From: an uncultured Gammaproteobacteria bacterium
Lineage (GTDB): Bacteria; Patescibacteriota; Patescibacteriia; Magasanikbacterales; UBA922
Direction of reading: 5' to 3'
DNA length: 64,000 bases
NCBI GenBank assembly: GCA_964344965.1
Contig: CAYFPJ010000004.1
Location: forward strand, 11,532 to 75,531
This document shows, piece after piece, positions 40,201 to 49,644 of this stretch. The notes under the pieces were generated by a model. The model was not told the DNA's origin. It saw only the letters and a list, made by a program, of their open reading frames with translations, and searched no databases. How positions within the stretch are numbered: position 1 is the first letter of the stretch; each line of letters starts with the position of its first letter. Made by a program: the position numbers and the translations under genes.

Positions 40201-40718
40201 AAATCTGTTATACTTTTTGTTATTTCTTCCCCCAATATTTCAGCCAAAATTTCCATTTTCCCTGCTGCAATTTCTTGTCGAACCTCGTAAGATTGCTTGT
40301 TCAATTCCACCAACTTATCATCAACATCATAGATAGAAGGTGTCCAAGATTCTCCCTCTCGATATACAGAATAATTTATTTCATGCAATTGTAAATAATT
40401 ATTCAACGCTCTTTTTTCTTCGTCAGTCAAATTTGGATACCTCTTTTTGAATTCTTCAAATATTATTTTTGAAAATGCTATAGTGAGTTCATACTGATAC
40501 CACTCTCTATCTAAATCACAATCTCCATGTTCCAAATCATCAGGAAAAAGACTGAGGGGATATTTTTTGGCATCTTTTTTTGTAGCCAAAGCATCATCCC
40601 TACCCAGAGTGTCTCTGTAAGTCTCTAACTTTCTTTTTTCTTTGATGAGTCTTTCTAATTGTTGTGTAATTTGCCTTCCAGCCTCTGCACTTGGCCACTT
40701 ACCTTGCAGTATTCCCAT
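40191..40718 (-). CDS. hypothetical protein
   Basis: 175-aa ORF. Confidence 0.5.
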   Translation of the reverse strand: MGILQGKWPSAEAGRQITQQLERLIKEKRKLETYRDTLGRDDALATKKDAKKYPLSLFPDDLEHGDCDLDREWYQYELTIAFSKIIFEEFKKRYPNLTDEEKRALNNYLQLHEINYSVYREGESWTPSIYDVDDKLVELNKQSYEVRQEIAAGKMEILAEILGEEITKSITDLNL

Positions 40719-40731
40719 ATTTTATTTATTT

Positions 40732-41586
40732 TCAGATATTTAGATTTTTATTTTCTGCATATTTCTCCATTGTGTCCCGCATCCCTACATGCACTTCCCG
40801 CATTTCAATCCCAATACTAGCCAAATTTTCTGAAGCAAGAAAATTATTAGATCTACCTTTTGTGGCAAGACCTTGTTTTACCAAGTCATCATTGGTGATC
40901 CATTCATTGGTATGAGTAGGATCCACAAGTTCTTCATAGAGATCAATAATCTCACGATGCTTGAGAATGCCAGGATTGGTGACGTGAAAAATACCTTCTG
41001 CTTTTTTTTCTAGCAGCTGATAAAACACATCTACCATGTCATCGACAATCGTCACACTATTTTCCACATCAATCACCTTTGGAAAGCTAGCTAGCTTGTC
41101 GATCATGTTATTTGGTGATGGGATGTGATCAATAGGCATGCGAATGCGAGCAATCCCCACTTTTGGCAAAGTAGACAAGACAAGATCAGCCGCCCACTTG
41201 GCACGAGAGTAGGTCACTTCAGTTGGATTACCCATGTCTCCTTCTCGCCACCTCTTATCCTCATGTGGTGAGTCACCGTAGAAGATACAACCAGATCCAA
41301 TATGAAGAAGGTAAATATTTCGCTCCTGACAAGCCTCGGCAATAGTGATTGGTAGCTTGGTATTGCCAAGCATGGTTTCCAGAGGATGATCCTCACACCA
41401 GTCTACATTTGGCTTGCCACGTACTCCTGCGGCGTTCAAAACTGCATCTGGCTGATGCTCGTCAATAAGTTTTAGTACATCTTCTTTGGAGTTAATTCTT
41501 TCAGCAGACAAAACTGAATCTGACCAATCCTTGTGACAACGCTTACCTACATATCCAGCTCCGATAATTAATATCTTCATAAACAA
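40732..41586 (-). CDS. NAD(P)-dependent sugar-nucleotide reductase/epimerase, RmlD-like (dTDP-4-dehydrorhamnose reductase family)
   Basis: N-terminal Rossmann motif ILIIGAGYVG; short-chain epimerase/RmlD-like overall; adjacent to rmlB. Confidence 0.6.
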   Translation of the reverse strand: MFMKILIIGAGYVGKRCHKDWSDSVLSAERINSKEDVLKLIDEHQPDAVLNAAGVRGKPNVDWCEDHPLETMLGNTKLPITIAEACQERNIYLLHIGSGCIFYGDSPHEDKRWREGDMGNPTEVTYSRAKWAADLVLSTLPKVGIARIRMPIDHIPSPNNMIDKLASFPKVIDVENSVTIVDDMVDVFYQLLEKKAEGIFHVTNPGILKHREIIDLYEELVDPTHTNEWITNDDLVKQGLATKGRSNNFLASENLASIGIEMREVHVGMRDTMEKYAENKNLNI

Positions 41587-41616
41587 GTTTGTAAATTAAA
41601 AATTTCAAATTAAAAA

Positions 41617-42621
41617 TTATTCACGTCCGTACCACTCCTCATAATAATCCTGATACGCTCCACTCTTACACCTCTCTACCCATTCTTGATTATTTTGATA
41701 CCATTCGATCATCTCTCTTAGAGCGTATTCAAACTTTACCTGAGGTTTCCAACCAAGTTCATTTTTTGCTTTAGAAAAATTAATAGCATAACGACGATCA
41801 TGACCTGGACGATCTTTGACAAAATCAATACTGCTTTCATCTTTATCCATCAACATCAAAAGAGTCTTGGTCAAATCAAGGTTTGTCATTTCACTATCTC
41901 CACCAAGACAATATGTCTCCCCTATTTTTCCATTCTTAATAATTACCTCAATCCCACGAGCGTGATCATCTACATGGATCCAGTCACGAACCTGGAGACC
42001 GTCACCATACACTGGAACTTTCTTTCCTTCCATTAGGTTGGAAATAAAAAGTGGTATCAACTTCTCTGGAAACATGTACGGACCATAGTTGTTGGAACAG
42101 TTTGATATAGTAACCTGCAATCCATAAGTATGAAAATAGGATCTTACCAGATGATCAGATGCTGCCTTGGATGCAGAGTAAGGACTACGAGGATCATAAG
42201 ATGTAGATTCATCAAAGGCAGGATCCTCTGGCTTCAAAGCTCCAAAAACTTCATCTGTCGAAACATGATGAAAACGCTTCTGATATTCTCTAGCAGCATC
42301 TAAAAGAACTTGTGTACCGAGAACATTGGTACGAACGAATGCACTAGGATCTAGGATAGAACGATCGACATGGGATTCTGCTGCAAAATGTACAACAACA
42401 TCGACATCTTTCACTGTCGCAAAGACCAAATCACGATCACAGATATCACCCTTTACAAAAGAATAATTTTGATTGTCTTTTAAATCTTTTAAATTTTCAA
42501 GATTACCGGCATAAGTGAGTAAATCAAAATTAACAATCTCATCTTCTGAATTGCTCTCCATCCAATAACGAATAAAATTTGATCCAATAAACCCAGCACC
42601 GCCAGTTACCAATAGACGCAT
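41617..42621 (-). CDS. rmlB: dTDP-glucose 4,6-dehydratase
   Basis: MRLLVTGGAGFIGSNF...; TDEV and YSASK catalytic motifs. Confidence 0.85.
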   Translation of the reverse strand: MRLLVTGGAGFIGSNFIRYWMESNSEDEIVNFDLLTYAGNLENLKDLKDNQNYSFVKGDICDRDLVFATVKDVDVVVHFAAESHVDRSILDPSAFVRTNVLGTQVLLDAAREYQKRFHHVSTDEVFGALKPEDPAFDESTSYDPRSPYSASKAASDHLVRSYFHTYGLQVTISNCSNNYGPYMFPEKLIPLFISNLMEGKKVPVYGDGLQVRDWIHVDDHARGIEVIIKNGKIGETYCLGGDSEMTNLDLTKTLLMLMDKDESSIDFVKDRPGHDRRYAINFSKAKNELGWKPQVKFEYALREMIEWYQNNQEWVERCKSGAYQDYYEEWYGRE

Positions 42622-42722
42622 AAACGACAAATTAAATTAAATCACTATATTATTTACTAAATAAAGTTCGTGGTACTGGTGACGGGTAGGTCCCAGCACC
42701 GCCAGTTACCAACAATTTCATA

Positions 42723-43106
42723 TTATTTTACAATATACTCGTAGCTGTCATCTGTACGCAAAGGAAAATTACTAAAAACCACCACTATTGCTGACTCCTC
42801 TCCGACATTGGTAGTTGAATGAGCTACTAGGTTGGGGATATGAATGACATCTCTTCCCGGTACCAACTTCATGTCTTTTCTTTTTTTGGAAACGACGTGC
42901 TCCATTTTTAGAGAGACATCACCCTTTTCTGCATAAATCATTATCCTATTTTCTTTGTGATAATGATTGCCGGTAGTAACTCCAGGATCAATAACCAAAC
43001 GAGACATATAGATGTCTCCCACTTTTACACTAGACAAAACTCTACCAGGCTTACTAGCATCATCTTTCATCTTGAAATGAGTGATAAATTCTTCTTTTCT
43101 GTTCAT
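42723..43106 (-). CDS. cupin-domain protein, possible dTDP-sugar epimerase/isomerase (RmlC/FdtA-like)
   Basis: 127-aa beta-rich ORF with cupin-like HYHKEN...H motifs, in a sugar-nucleotide gene context. Confidence 0.45.
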   Translation of the reverse strand: MNRKEEFITHFKMKDDASKPGRVLSSVKVGDIYMSRLVIDPGVTTGNHYHKENRIMIYAEKGDVSLKMEHVVSKKRKDMKLVPGRDVIHIPNLVAHSTTNVGEESAIVVVFSNFPLRTDDSYEYIVK

Positions 43107-43127
43107 AAAGCCACATTGTTTAATCCC

Positions 43128-43282
43128 GACCTCGTTCCTCGGTACGGGACGAGAGATCGGTTTAACCTGCCTGCCGGTCTTCGACTATGAAGCTCAGACT
43201 GAATAGCAGGCAGGTTCCCCGGGGCTTGCCCCGGAAAAATTGGTCAAGGACTTGCCCTGGAGTTCATACCATTGATTTATTT
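43128..43282 (+). repeat. ~150-nt structured element, family F copy 1 (three hairpins; shared 30-nt module TCCCGACCTCGTTCCTCGGTACGGGACGAG)
   Basis: Homologous to the reverse complement of 63790-63965. Confidence 0.7.
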
Positions 43283-43313
43283 TGAATTACGAAAAACTCT
43301 AATCTCGTCATTG

Positions 43314-43412
43314 CGAGGAGTGCGCGAAGCAAGCACGACGTGGCAATCTAGACTTTGGAAGTGTAGATTGCTTCGTCATCCCGTACTTCGTCGGGATTCC
43401 TCGCAATGACGA
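43314..43412. mobile_element. MITE-like element M2 (TIR TCGTCATTGCGAGGAG)
   Basis: Same TIRs as M1, M3 and M4. Confidence 0.8.
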
Positions 43413-43438
43413 AAATGCAATTTAACGAGTAGTGTGAA

Positions 43439-43582
43439 ATAAAAGTAAATTTGGTTTAAGTAAGACTTCATCGGGCCATCCCCGCAGCAAGCTGCGGGGT
43501 ATTGGCAGAAAATCTTATTTCAACCAATGTTAGTTTTCACTTTTTCGATGCAAGCATCGAGGAATAAAACCGCTTAAAGATT
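43439..43582 (+). repeat. ~145-bp interspersed repeat, copy E
   Basis: Identity to copies A, C and D. Confidence 0.9.
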
Positions 43583-43709
43583 AAAATTGATATTTTCCTT
43601 ATTTTAGCAAAATATGAATTTTCCGCATATCTATTTTCTAAAAATATTTAGCTAAATTAAGCCAAACGAGTCTAATTCACACTACTCGTAATTTAGTAAT
43701 TCAAAATAA

Positions 43710-44246
43710 TTATTTATGTAAAAAATGATGATGAACAAGAGCCCAAGCCGCCATAGTCTGTCCGTCCCAGATATCATTACGACGAATCATTTCATCTACT
43801 TCATCTGGCCTGCGATACATTACTTCTATATCTTCTGTGTCATCAAGGTCCATTTCCTGTTGTTCACTCAAGTGAGCTATGAAGACATGGGTAGTGTCCT
43901 TGGTATATCCATTGGCAGGTTGAAATTCTCCAACCTTGATAAATTCATCAGCCAAATATCCTGTTTCTTCTGCTAGCTCCTCTTTGGCAGCCTCTAAAGC
44001 TGTCTGACCATCTTTCAATCCTCCTCCTGGAAATTCAATACTCTCCTTATTAGTCAGGTATCTAGATTGCAAAATCAAAACCAAACGACCATCTGGTAAT
44101 ACTGGAACCACGATAGACATCCCACTAAGCTCTGAATAATAATAGTCACCTATATCACCGTTTGGTAATTCATAAGTGTCATGCTTGTAAGTATACCAAG
44201 GATTCTCGTGCAGTGTTTCTTCTGATAATTTTTTGAGGTGTTTCAT
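43710..44246 (-). CDS. NUDIX hydrolase (ADP-ribose pyrophosphatase-like)
   Basis: Nudix box GGGLKDGQTALEAAKEELAEETGY. Confidence 0.8.
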   Translation of the reverse strand: MKHLKKLSEETLHENPWYTYKHDTYELPNGDIGDYYYSELSGMSIVVPVLPDGRLVLILQSRYLTNKESIEFPGGGLKDGQTALEAAKEELAEETGYLADEFIKVGEFQPANGYTKDTTHVFIAHLSEQQEMDLDDTEDIEVMYRRPDEVDEMIRRNDIWDGQTMAAWALVHHHFLHK

Positions 44247-44295
44247 AAGTCATTATAATATCAGTAAAATCTATATAAATCAGTCTGAATTAATG

Positions 44296-44697
44296 CTAAA
44301 ACAATTTGGCAACCTCTTCTACAGAAGTATCACCAGCATTATTAATAATAGAATGGATATTTCCTCCCCCATCACCCTTCCAACGAGGTAAGATATGAAC
44401 ATGTAGATGTGACACCTCTTGTCCACCTGCCTCTCCATGATTCCAACCAACGTTGAATCCATCTGGATGAAGAGTGGATTCTAGTTTTTCCATCACTTTC
44501 TCAATAGATAAAAAAAGATCTTTGGAAAGTTCTTTATTCAGGTCAAACAAATTTTCTGCATGTACTTTTGGCACCAGTACTGTATGACCTTTGGCACGAG
44601 GGTTTATATCCAAAAAGGCGAGAAAGTGTGCATCCTCATACACAGTATGATTTGGTATTTCTCCTCCTACAATTTTACAAAAAATACAGTCTTTCAT
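44296..44697 (-). CDS. HIT family hydrolase
   Basis: Histidine triad HLHVHILPR. Confidence 0.85.
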   Translation of the reverse strand: MKDCIFCKIVGGEIPNHTVYEDAHFLAFLDINPRAKGHTVLVPKVHAENLFDLNKELSKDLFLSIEKVMEKLESTLHPDGFNVGWNHGEAGGQEVSHLHVHILPRWKGDGGGNIHSIINNAGDTSVEEVAKLF

Positions 44698-44726
44698 AGG
44701 TTATAATAAATTCTTTAAAACATAAA

Positions 44727-44837
44727 ACTATCATTTTCGTCATTGCGAGGAATGAAACGCAGTGGAATGACGAAGCAATCTACACTTTGGACGTGTAGAT
44801 TGCCACGTCGCTCCTTCGTCGCTCCTCGCAATGACGA
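44727..44837. mobile_element. MITE-like element M3
   Basis: TIRs TCGTCATTGCGAGGA / CCTCGCAATGACGA; internal palindrome GCAATCTACACTTTGGACGTGTAGATTGC. Confidence 0.8.
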
Positions 44838-44898
44838 ATTTTAGATATTTATAGTACAAATTAACTTATACTTACTCTGCAATATTATCAATATTTAG

Positions 44899-47127
44899 CT
44901 ATTTTTTCAAGTCAATATTCCAAATCAGAAAGTCACCCAGCTGCTCAGGTGTGGAGCTGGAAAATTCTGACATTTTTGCTTCCTTTTCCTCATCTACATC
45001 TTTTATTGGCAACACAACCCAACACCTCTCATGTCCAGTGATATTAGATATCTCAGATAAGACACTTTGTTCTGGATTTTCTATCATTTCAGATAATAAT
45101 GAAACTCTCTTCTCTTGGGCAAATTGGTAATCAATAGGAAATCCGCCACCGACAATTTTTTGAGATGACCTCGACTCAAGAGCAAGAAGAATCCAAGTAT
45201 TTGCTAAAACACACTGACTATCTTCATTTTTATGCTTCCAAACATAATTGGCCGCATTATATTCATCTAGACTGACAACTCTCATATCAGGACCAGTCGC
45301 AAATGATGTCGTGCCCACCCAAGAAAATAATACTACCAATGACAAAATAACCACATTCCTATACCTTGCTCTCATTTTCTCAAAATTAATCTTACTCAAA
45401 CCAAAAACAAAATAAACAAATATGACTATAGAAAAAATTGGATCAAGACGGCGGACAAATGATCTGTCTCCCTCGAGGAAAAACCAACCTATCAAATATC
45501 CAGCCACAATACTCGTAGCAAAAAGATTAAAAATCAACCAAACTATTTTTTTCTTATATAATGATCTCCAGAGTCCAAATATTGCTAAGCCAAAAATAAT
45601 TGAAACACCAAGCATCATTGGCCAACGCCAGTCAGTGAAGAAGCTCGATACAAAAGCATAATCTGGAGTATGATTGATAAGAATATTGCCACTAAGCATA
45701 TCATGAGGGCGAATAGCACTAGCATAGTACCAGCCACTAAACTGGCCGAGCATCTGCTTAATCTGGTTCACAAAGTCCCAAGATTGAGGAAGGTGGCTAG
45801 CTCTACTGACTATTTCTATAATTGGAAAAAATAAGATGGCAAAAATTGTTGAGAATGAGATAGTTATTTTTCTAAAAATTTTATTGCCACGAAAATCTAT
45901 ATTCTTGAAAAATAAAGAAATTAAAATCACAAACCAAATCAAAATGAAATACAGTGTGTACCCAAACAGCATGGAGACTGCAAAAAATAATGCCAAATTC
46001 CTTCCCCTCTTACCCCCACTATCCAAATATTGCAACCACAGCATCAACGTGAATAAGAAGAATAATAATCCCAAACTAACAGGCAGAGCAAGGCTCCCAA
46101 GAGCTTGTAGGGTAAATGGGATTAGTGATAAGAATGAAAAAAACAAACCAGCCCGCCACGAACCAAACATGATTCGACCAATTCGTAATAAAACTATCGG
46201 CAAAACTATAGACCATAAGAAAACCATCATCCACTTGTTGACTGCCAACAAATCAATATCTAGGGTGGCAGATAAAAGCACGCCAGATCCCCAGAGATGA
46301 CCATAAAGATACTTGTGTGGCACGACCAAAGCTTCTGGCACATCTATGCCTGCTACTTCACGCCAGCTAGCTTCATCCCCAAACAAAACTGGCAAAACAG
46401 ACTGACCACCCAACAATTGATTCTCGACAGCCACATGTCTCCATACATCCCCGCCCCAAGGCATCTCATGAGACAATGGTAAATAAAGATGCATGACTAG
46501 AGACTGAACAATAATCAAAAATAACAAAGTCTTGATCTTGTGCTTTGAACAAACTAATATCCCTAGCACGAAAATAGACAAAAAAGTAAGAGGTAAAACA
46601 AGTTTATCAATACTTTGCCAAGGAGAATTCAAAACTTCTGTGCCATTTGATTTGAGAAGTAAGAAAAATATCAATGAAGCAAGTAGTAAAAAAATTCCCA
46701 ACAAAATATTATTTTTCTTAAACATTACAAAGCCAAATTTCTTTTTTCCATTTTCAGAAAGTCCTCTTTTTCTTTTTTTCTTAACAATCAAAAAAAGCAG
46801 ATAGCTAAATATTGCTAAAGTTAAATATACTGACCACAAAAGCATGGGAGTCAGCTTGTACCAGACGACCAAGACAGAGCTGAACAAACCTAGCAAAGTG
46901 AAAACTGTAAAAAATGAAAATACCACCGTCATCCAATCCTTATACTTCATCCCAAAAATACGATGCAAAACACAACGCCAATATTCTCCTACAAACCATA
47001 GATAGACGACAAATAGCAAAATTCCAGCAAATTTGCTATGCCAAACAGTCAGTTGGAGATATAACAAAAATAGCAGAACTGCCAACTTACCAACTTCTAT
47101 CAATTTTATCCTATACAAAAATTTCAC
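44899..47127 (-). CDS. large polytopic membrane protein (~16 TM plus C-terminal soluble domain), GT-C-like glycosyltransferase/polymerase candidate
   Basis: 742-aa ORF; paralogous to 47346-49556 (SPWQSIDK vs SPWQAVNH, GGDVWRHVA vs GFDAFIHRA). Confidence 0.6.
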   Translation of the reverse strand: MKFLYRIKLIEVGKLAVLLFLLYLQLTVWHSKFAGILLFVVYLWFVGEYWRCVLHRIFGMKYKDWMTVVFSFFTVFTLLGLFSSVLVVWYKLTPMLLWSVYLTLAIFSYLLFLIVKKKRKRGLSENGKKKFGFVMFKKNNILLGIFLLLASLIFFLLLKSNGTEVLNSPWQSIDKLVLPLTFLSIFVLGILVCSKHKIKTLLFLIIVQSLVMHLYLPLSHEMPWGGDVWRHVAVENQLLGGQSVLPVLFGDEASWREVAGIDVPEALVVPHKYLYGHLWGSGVLLSATLDIDLLAVNKWMMVFLWSIVLPIVLLRIGRIMFGSWRAGLFFSFLSLIPFTLQALGSLALPVSLGLLFFLFTLMLWLQYLDSGGKRGRNLALFFAVSMLFGYTLYFILIWFVILISLFFKNIDFRGNKIFRKITISFSTIFAILFFPIIEIVSRASHLPQSWDFVNQIKQMLGQFSGWYYASAIRPHDMLSGNILINHTPDYAFVSSFFTDWRWPMMLGVSIIFGLAIFGLWRSLYKKKIVWLIFNLFATSIVAGYLIGWFFLEGDRSFVRRLDPIFSIVIFVYFVFGLSKINFEKMRARYRNVVILSLVVLFSWVGTTSFATGPDMRVVSLDEYNAANYVWKHKNEDSQCVLANTWILLALESRSSQKIVGGGFPIDYQFAQEKRVSLLSEMIENPEQSVLSEISNITGHERCWVVLPIKDVDEEKEAKMSEFSSSTPEQLGDFLIWNIDLKK

Positions 47128-47152
47128 AATATTTTCGATCTAAAAAAACGAT

Positions 47153-47257
47153 TCGTCATTGCGAGGAGCGACGAAGGAGCGACGCGGCAATCTCATTGTG
47201 TGTAGGTAAAACTTTGAGATTGCCACGTCGTTCTTTCAGACTCCTCGCAATGACGAA
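47153..47257. mobile_element. MITE-like element M4 (inverted relative to M1)
   Basis: Sits in the divergent promoter region between the two paralogous membrane-protein genes. Confidence 0.8.
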
Positions 47258-47345
47258 CTAACCTGTGGCCGAAAATTGATTATTAACATCAAATTCTATA
47301 TACTGTTCTCTAGAAACTATAGCTAAATATAGCAAAAAAGGCAAT

Positions 47346-49556
47346 ATGAAGAACGTTTCCAAAAAACAATACCTGATAGCTGCAAGCGGCGCTACATTAC
47401 TTTTGTTATTGAACATTTTCTTTTTGAACAGTATCTTGATTGGCATCACAGCCATCATCCTCTATGGCTACGTTTTCAGCAGATTTATCGCTGATATTTT
47501 TTTGTCAGAAGAAAACCAAGGCAGACTATTTTATGGCTTTTTACTACTCCTGACTGGAGAGATACTAACCAACACTGCCCTCTACTATCTCCACGGCATC
47601 ACACCAGTCACCGTTGCCATCGCCCTACTTCTACCGTTCCTACTATTTCTATCATCAAAATCTCTCCCCCTTTATAAGGGGGAGATGGCCGCAGGCCAGA
47701 GGGGGTTGCGTGGCAGAGCCCCATTTCTTGGCATAGCCAACATCCTCCTAAACATCGCTCTCCTCACAACTCTCTTCCTAAACCAAACAACATCCCTAAT
47801 GCCCTCCCCCTGGCAAGCGGTAAACCACTGGTTTTTCATCACCTTCGCTATTTCCACTGCATTTCTAATCCTGTTCGTCTCTAAAAATAAAAATTATCAG
47901 ACTAGCATCTTCGCAATGGCAGTGCACCTGTTTGTGATGTTTGGTGTGGCAGCCATCCTCTATCCACTGGGCTATGGCTTCGATGCCTTCATCCACCGCG
48001 CAACTGAAGAATGGATCTTACTGAATGGTAGTATCTTGCCAAAAACTCCTTACTATATTGGCCAGTACAGTCTAGTTGCTTGGCTGGCTCATATTACTTC
48101 CCTGCCAATTTTCTATCTTGATGTCTATCTTGTCCCGATCTTAGCGTCTATTTCCTTGCCAATCGTAGTTTCCAATGTGCTAAAAAAAATCTGGAACATA
48201 CCGTACAAAGTTGGAATCCTTCTCACACTTTTCATTCCTTTCATCCCCTTTCTTTCTCTTCATCTCACCACTCCTCACAACCTGGTAATCTTATTTACAA
48301 TTCTTATTGTCTTCACCACTCTTGGCTATTTGAAAAATAAAACACCCCTAATTATTCCCTTCTCCCTCTCCCTCGCTTCTCTCGCCACCCACCCCCTAGT
48401 CGCTGCTCCTACTTTTGTTTTTCTTATTGCAACAATGATCATTAAAAAAACATCCGCCAGAGGACGGACCAGCCTCTGGCTGGAAAAACTATCTCCTATC
48501 TCCTATCTCCTATCTTTTTTACTAATCACCCTCACAGTCCCAATTCTCTTCATCCTCAACAATTTCCTCGCCAATGCTCCCCTACCAACATTCACCAATC
48601 CTCTGTCAAGTCTACCTTACTTCCTAGAACTCTTTGCCCGCCCCTACTGGTATCTTGAAAATGCTCCGATAATTTATGAACTCCTCTACACTTGGCAACT
48701 TTTGATAATTCCAATTGCGATTTCCCTCTGCTTCGCTGGATTTTTCATATCCAAAAAAAAGCTCAAAGCTGAGTATCTATTTCCAATAGCAACAATATCA
48801 TTCTTCCTCAGTGCCTGGCTCCTACGCAGTTGGATCGTCTTCCCCGACGTCGTCTCCTACGAACAAGGCGACTATCCCCTCCGCCTCCTCAAAACCAGCC
48901 TCATCTTCATCCTCCCCTTCGGAACGTTCATGATTTATAAAATACTTGCAAACTTGCAAACTTACAAACTTACAAACTTAAGCAAAACCAGAAAAACAGC
49001 AATGACTATCACGTTAGTGACAATCATCTCAGCATCGCTCATGCTCTCCTTCTACTTCTCCTATCCTCAAAGAAACATCAAATCCCGCTTCCCCGGCTTC
49101 AATATCACCGCTGCTGATTTCCAGGCTGTCGAATGGATTCATGAAAGAGAGAAAAAAACTTTCCGAAGCATAGGAAGGATTGATGGACCCTCTTTATTTT
49201 TATCGACACAAGTCGCAGAAATCGATTACATTGTACTATCAAATCAACTTGTCTCTGCTAGCGCGCTCACAAAATACAGCTTTGCCAAATATTTCCAAAC
49301 TGAGTCAGGAGAAATATTTTACTATTCAATCCCTACTGGTGGAAAACTATACCAACAATACGGCAAGATGCTCTATGAAGGACAAAAGCGAGAGTATATG
49401 GAAGATGCCATGCAGATTGCTGGAGTGGACAAAGCTTACTTTGTCGTAAACTCTTACTGGGCCAATGCTGATAAAATTATTGAAGGAGCGAAAGAAAGTG
49501 CTGATGGTTGGGAAGTGATTAATAATCAAGTCTGGATTTTTATTTATGAAAAATAA
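47346..49556 (+). CDS. large polytopic membrane protein, paralog of 44899-47127, with an in-frame palindromic-element insertion
   Basis: 736-aa ORF; element E5 at 47659-47716 encodes LPLYKGEMAAGQRGLRGRAPF in frame. Confidence 0.6.
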   Translation: MKNVSKKQYLIAASGATLLLLLNIFFLNSILIGITAIILYGYVFSRFIADIFLSEENQGRLFYGFLLLLTGEILTNTALYYLHGITPVTVAIALLLPFLLFLSSKSLPLYKGEMAAGQRGLRGRAPFLGIANILLNIALLTTLFLNQTTSLMPSPWQAVNHWFFITFAISTAFLILFVSKNKNYQTSIFAMAVHLFVMFGVAAILYPLGYGFDAFIHRATEEWILLNGSILPKTPYYIGQYSLVAWLAHITSLPIFYLDVYLVPILASISLPIVVSNVLKKIWNIPYKVGILLTLFIPFIPFLSLHLTTPHNLVILFTILIVFTTLGYLKNKTPLIIPFSLSLASLATHPLVAAPTFVFLIATMIIKKTSARGRTSLWLEKLSPISYLLSFLLITLTVPILFILNNFLANAPLPTFTNPLSSLPYFLELFARPYWYLENAPIIYELLYTWQLLIIPIAISLCFAGFFISKKKLKAEYLFPIATISFFLSAWLLRSWIVFPDVVSYEQGDYPLRLLKTSLIFILPFGTFMIYKILANLQTYKLTNLSKTRKTAMTITLVTIISASLMLSFYFSYPQRNIKSRFPGFNITAADFQAVEWIHEREKKTFRSIGRIDGPSLFLSTQVAEIDYIVLSNQLVSASALTKYSFAKYFQTESGEIFYYSIPTGGKLYQQYGKMLYEGQKREYMEDAMQIAGVDKAYFVVNSYWANADKIIEGAKESADGWEVINNQVWIFIYEK
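47659..47716. repeat. G/C-run palindromic element E5 (CTCCCCCTTTATAAGGGGGAG + GGGGGTTGCG...), intragenic and in frame
   Basis: Perfect hairpin inside a CDS. Confidence 0.75.
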
Positions 49557-49644
49557 AAATAATCTCGATTGTATTGTATTTTCTGAATTTTTATGTAAAA
49601 TAACTTTATAGAGAATCTCGTAAACCTATTTTAACCACAAACCT

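Noticed and set aside
43128-43282. RNase P RNA or SRP RNA interpretation of the family F elements
   Set aside because: They are too short, present in two inverted copies, and lack the P4 and domain IV consensus motifs.
37571-43582. Integron cassette array (attC sites) formed by the 145-bp repeats
   Set aside because: There is no intI-like integrase nearby (the only tyrosine recombinase is 35 kb away and of XerC size). The repeats lack the canonical GTTRRRY/RYYYAAC core sites and are scattered among housekeeping genes such as murA, so MITE/REP-like is more parsimonious.
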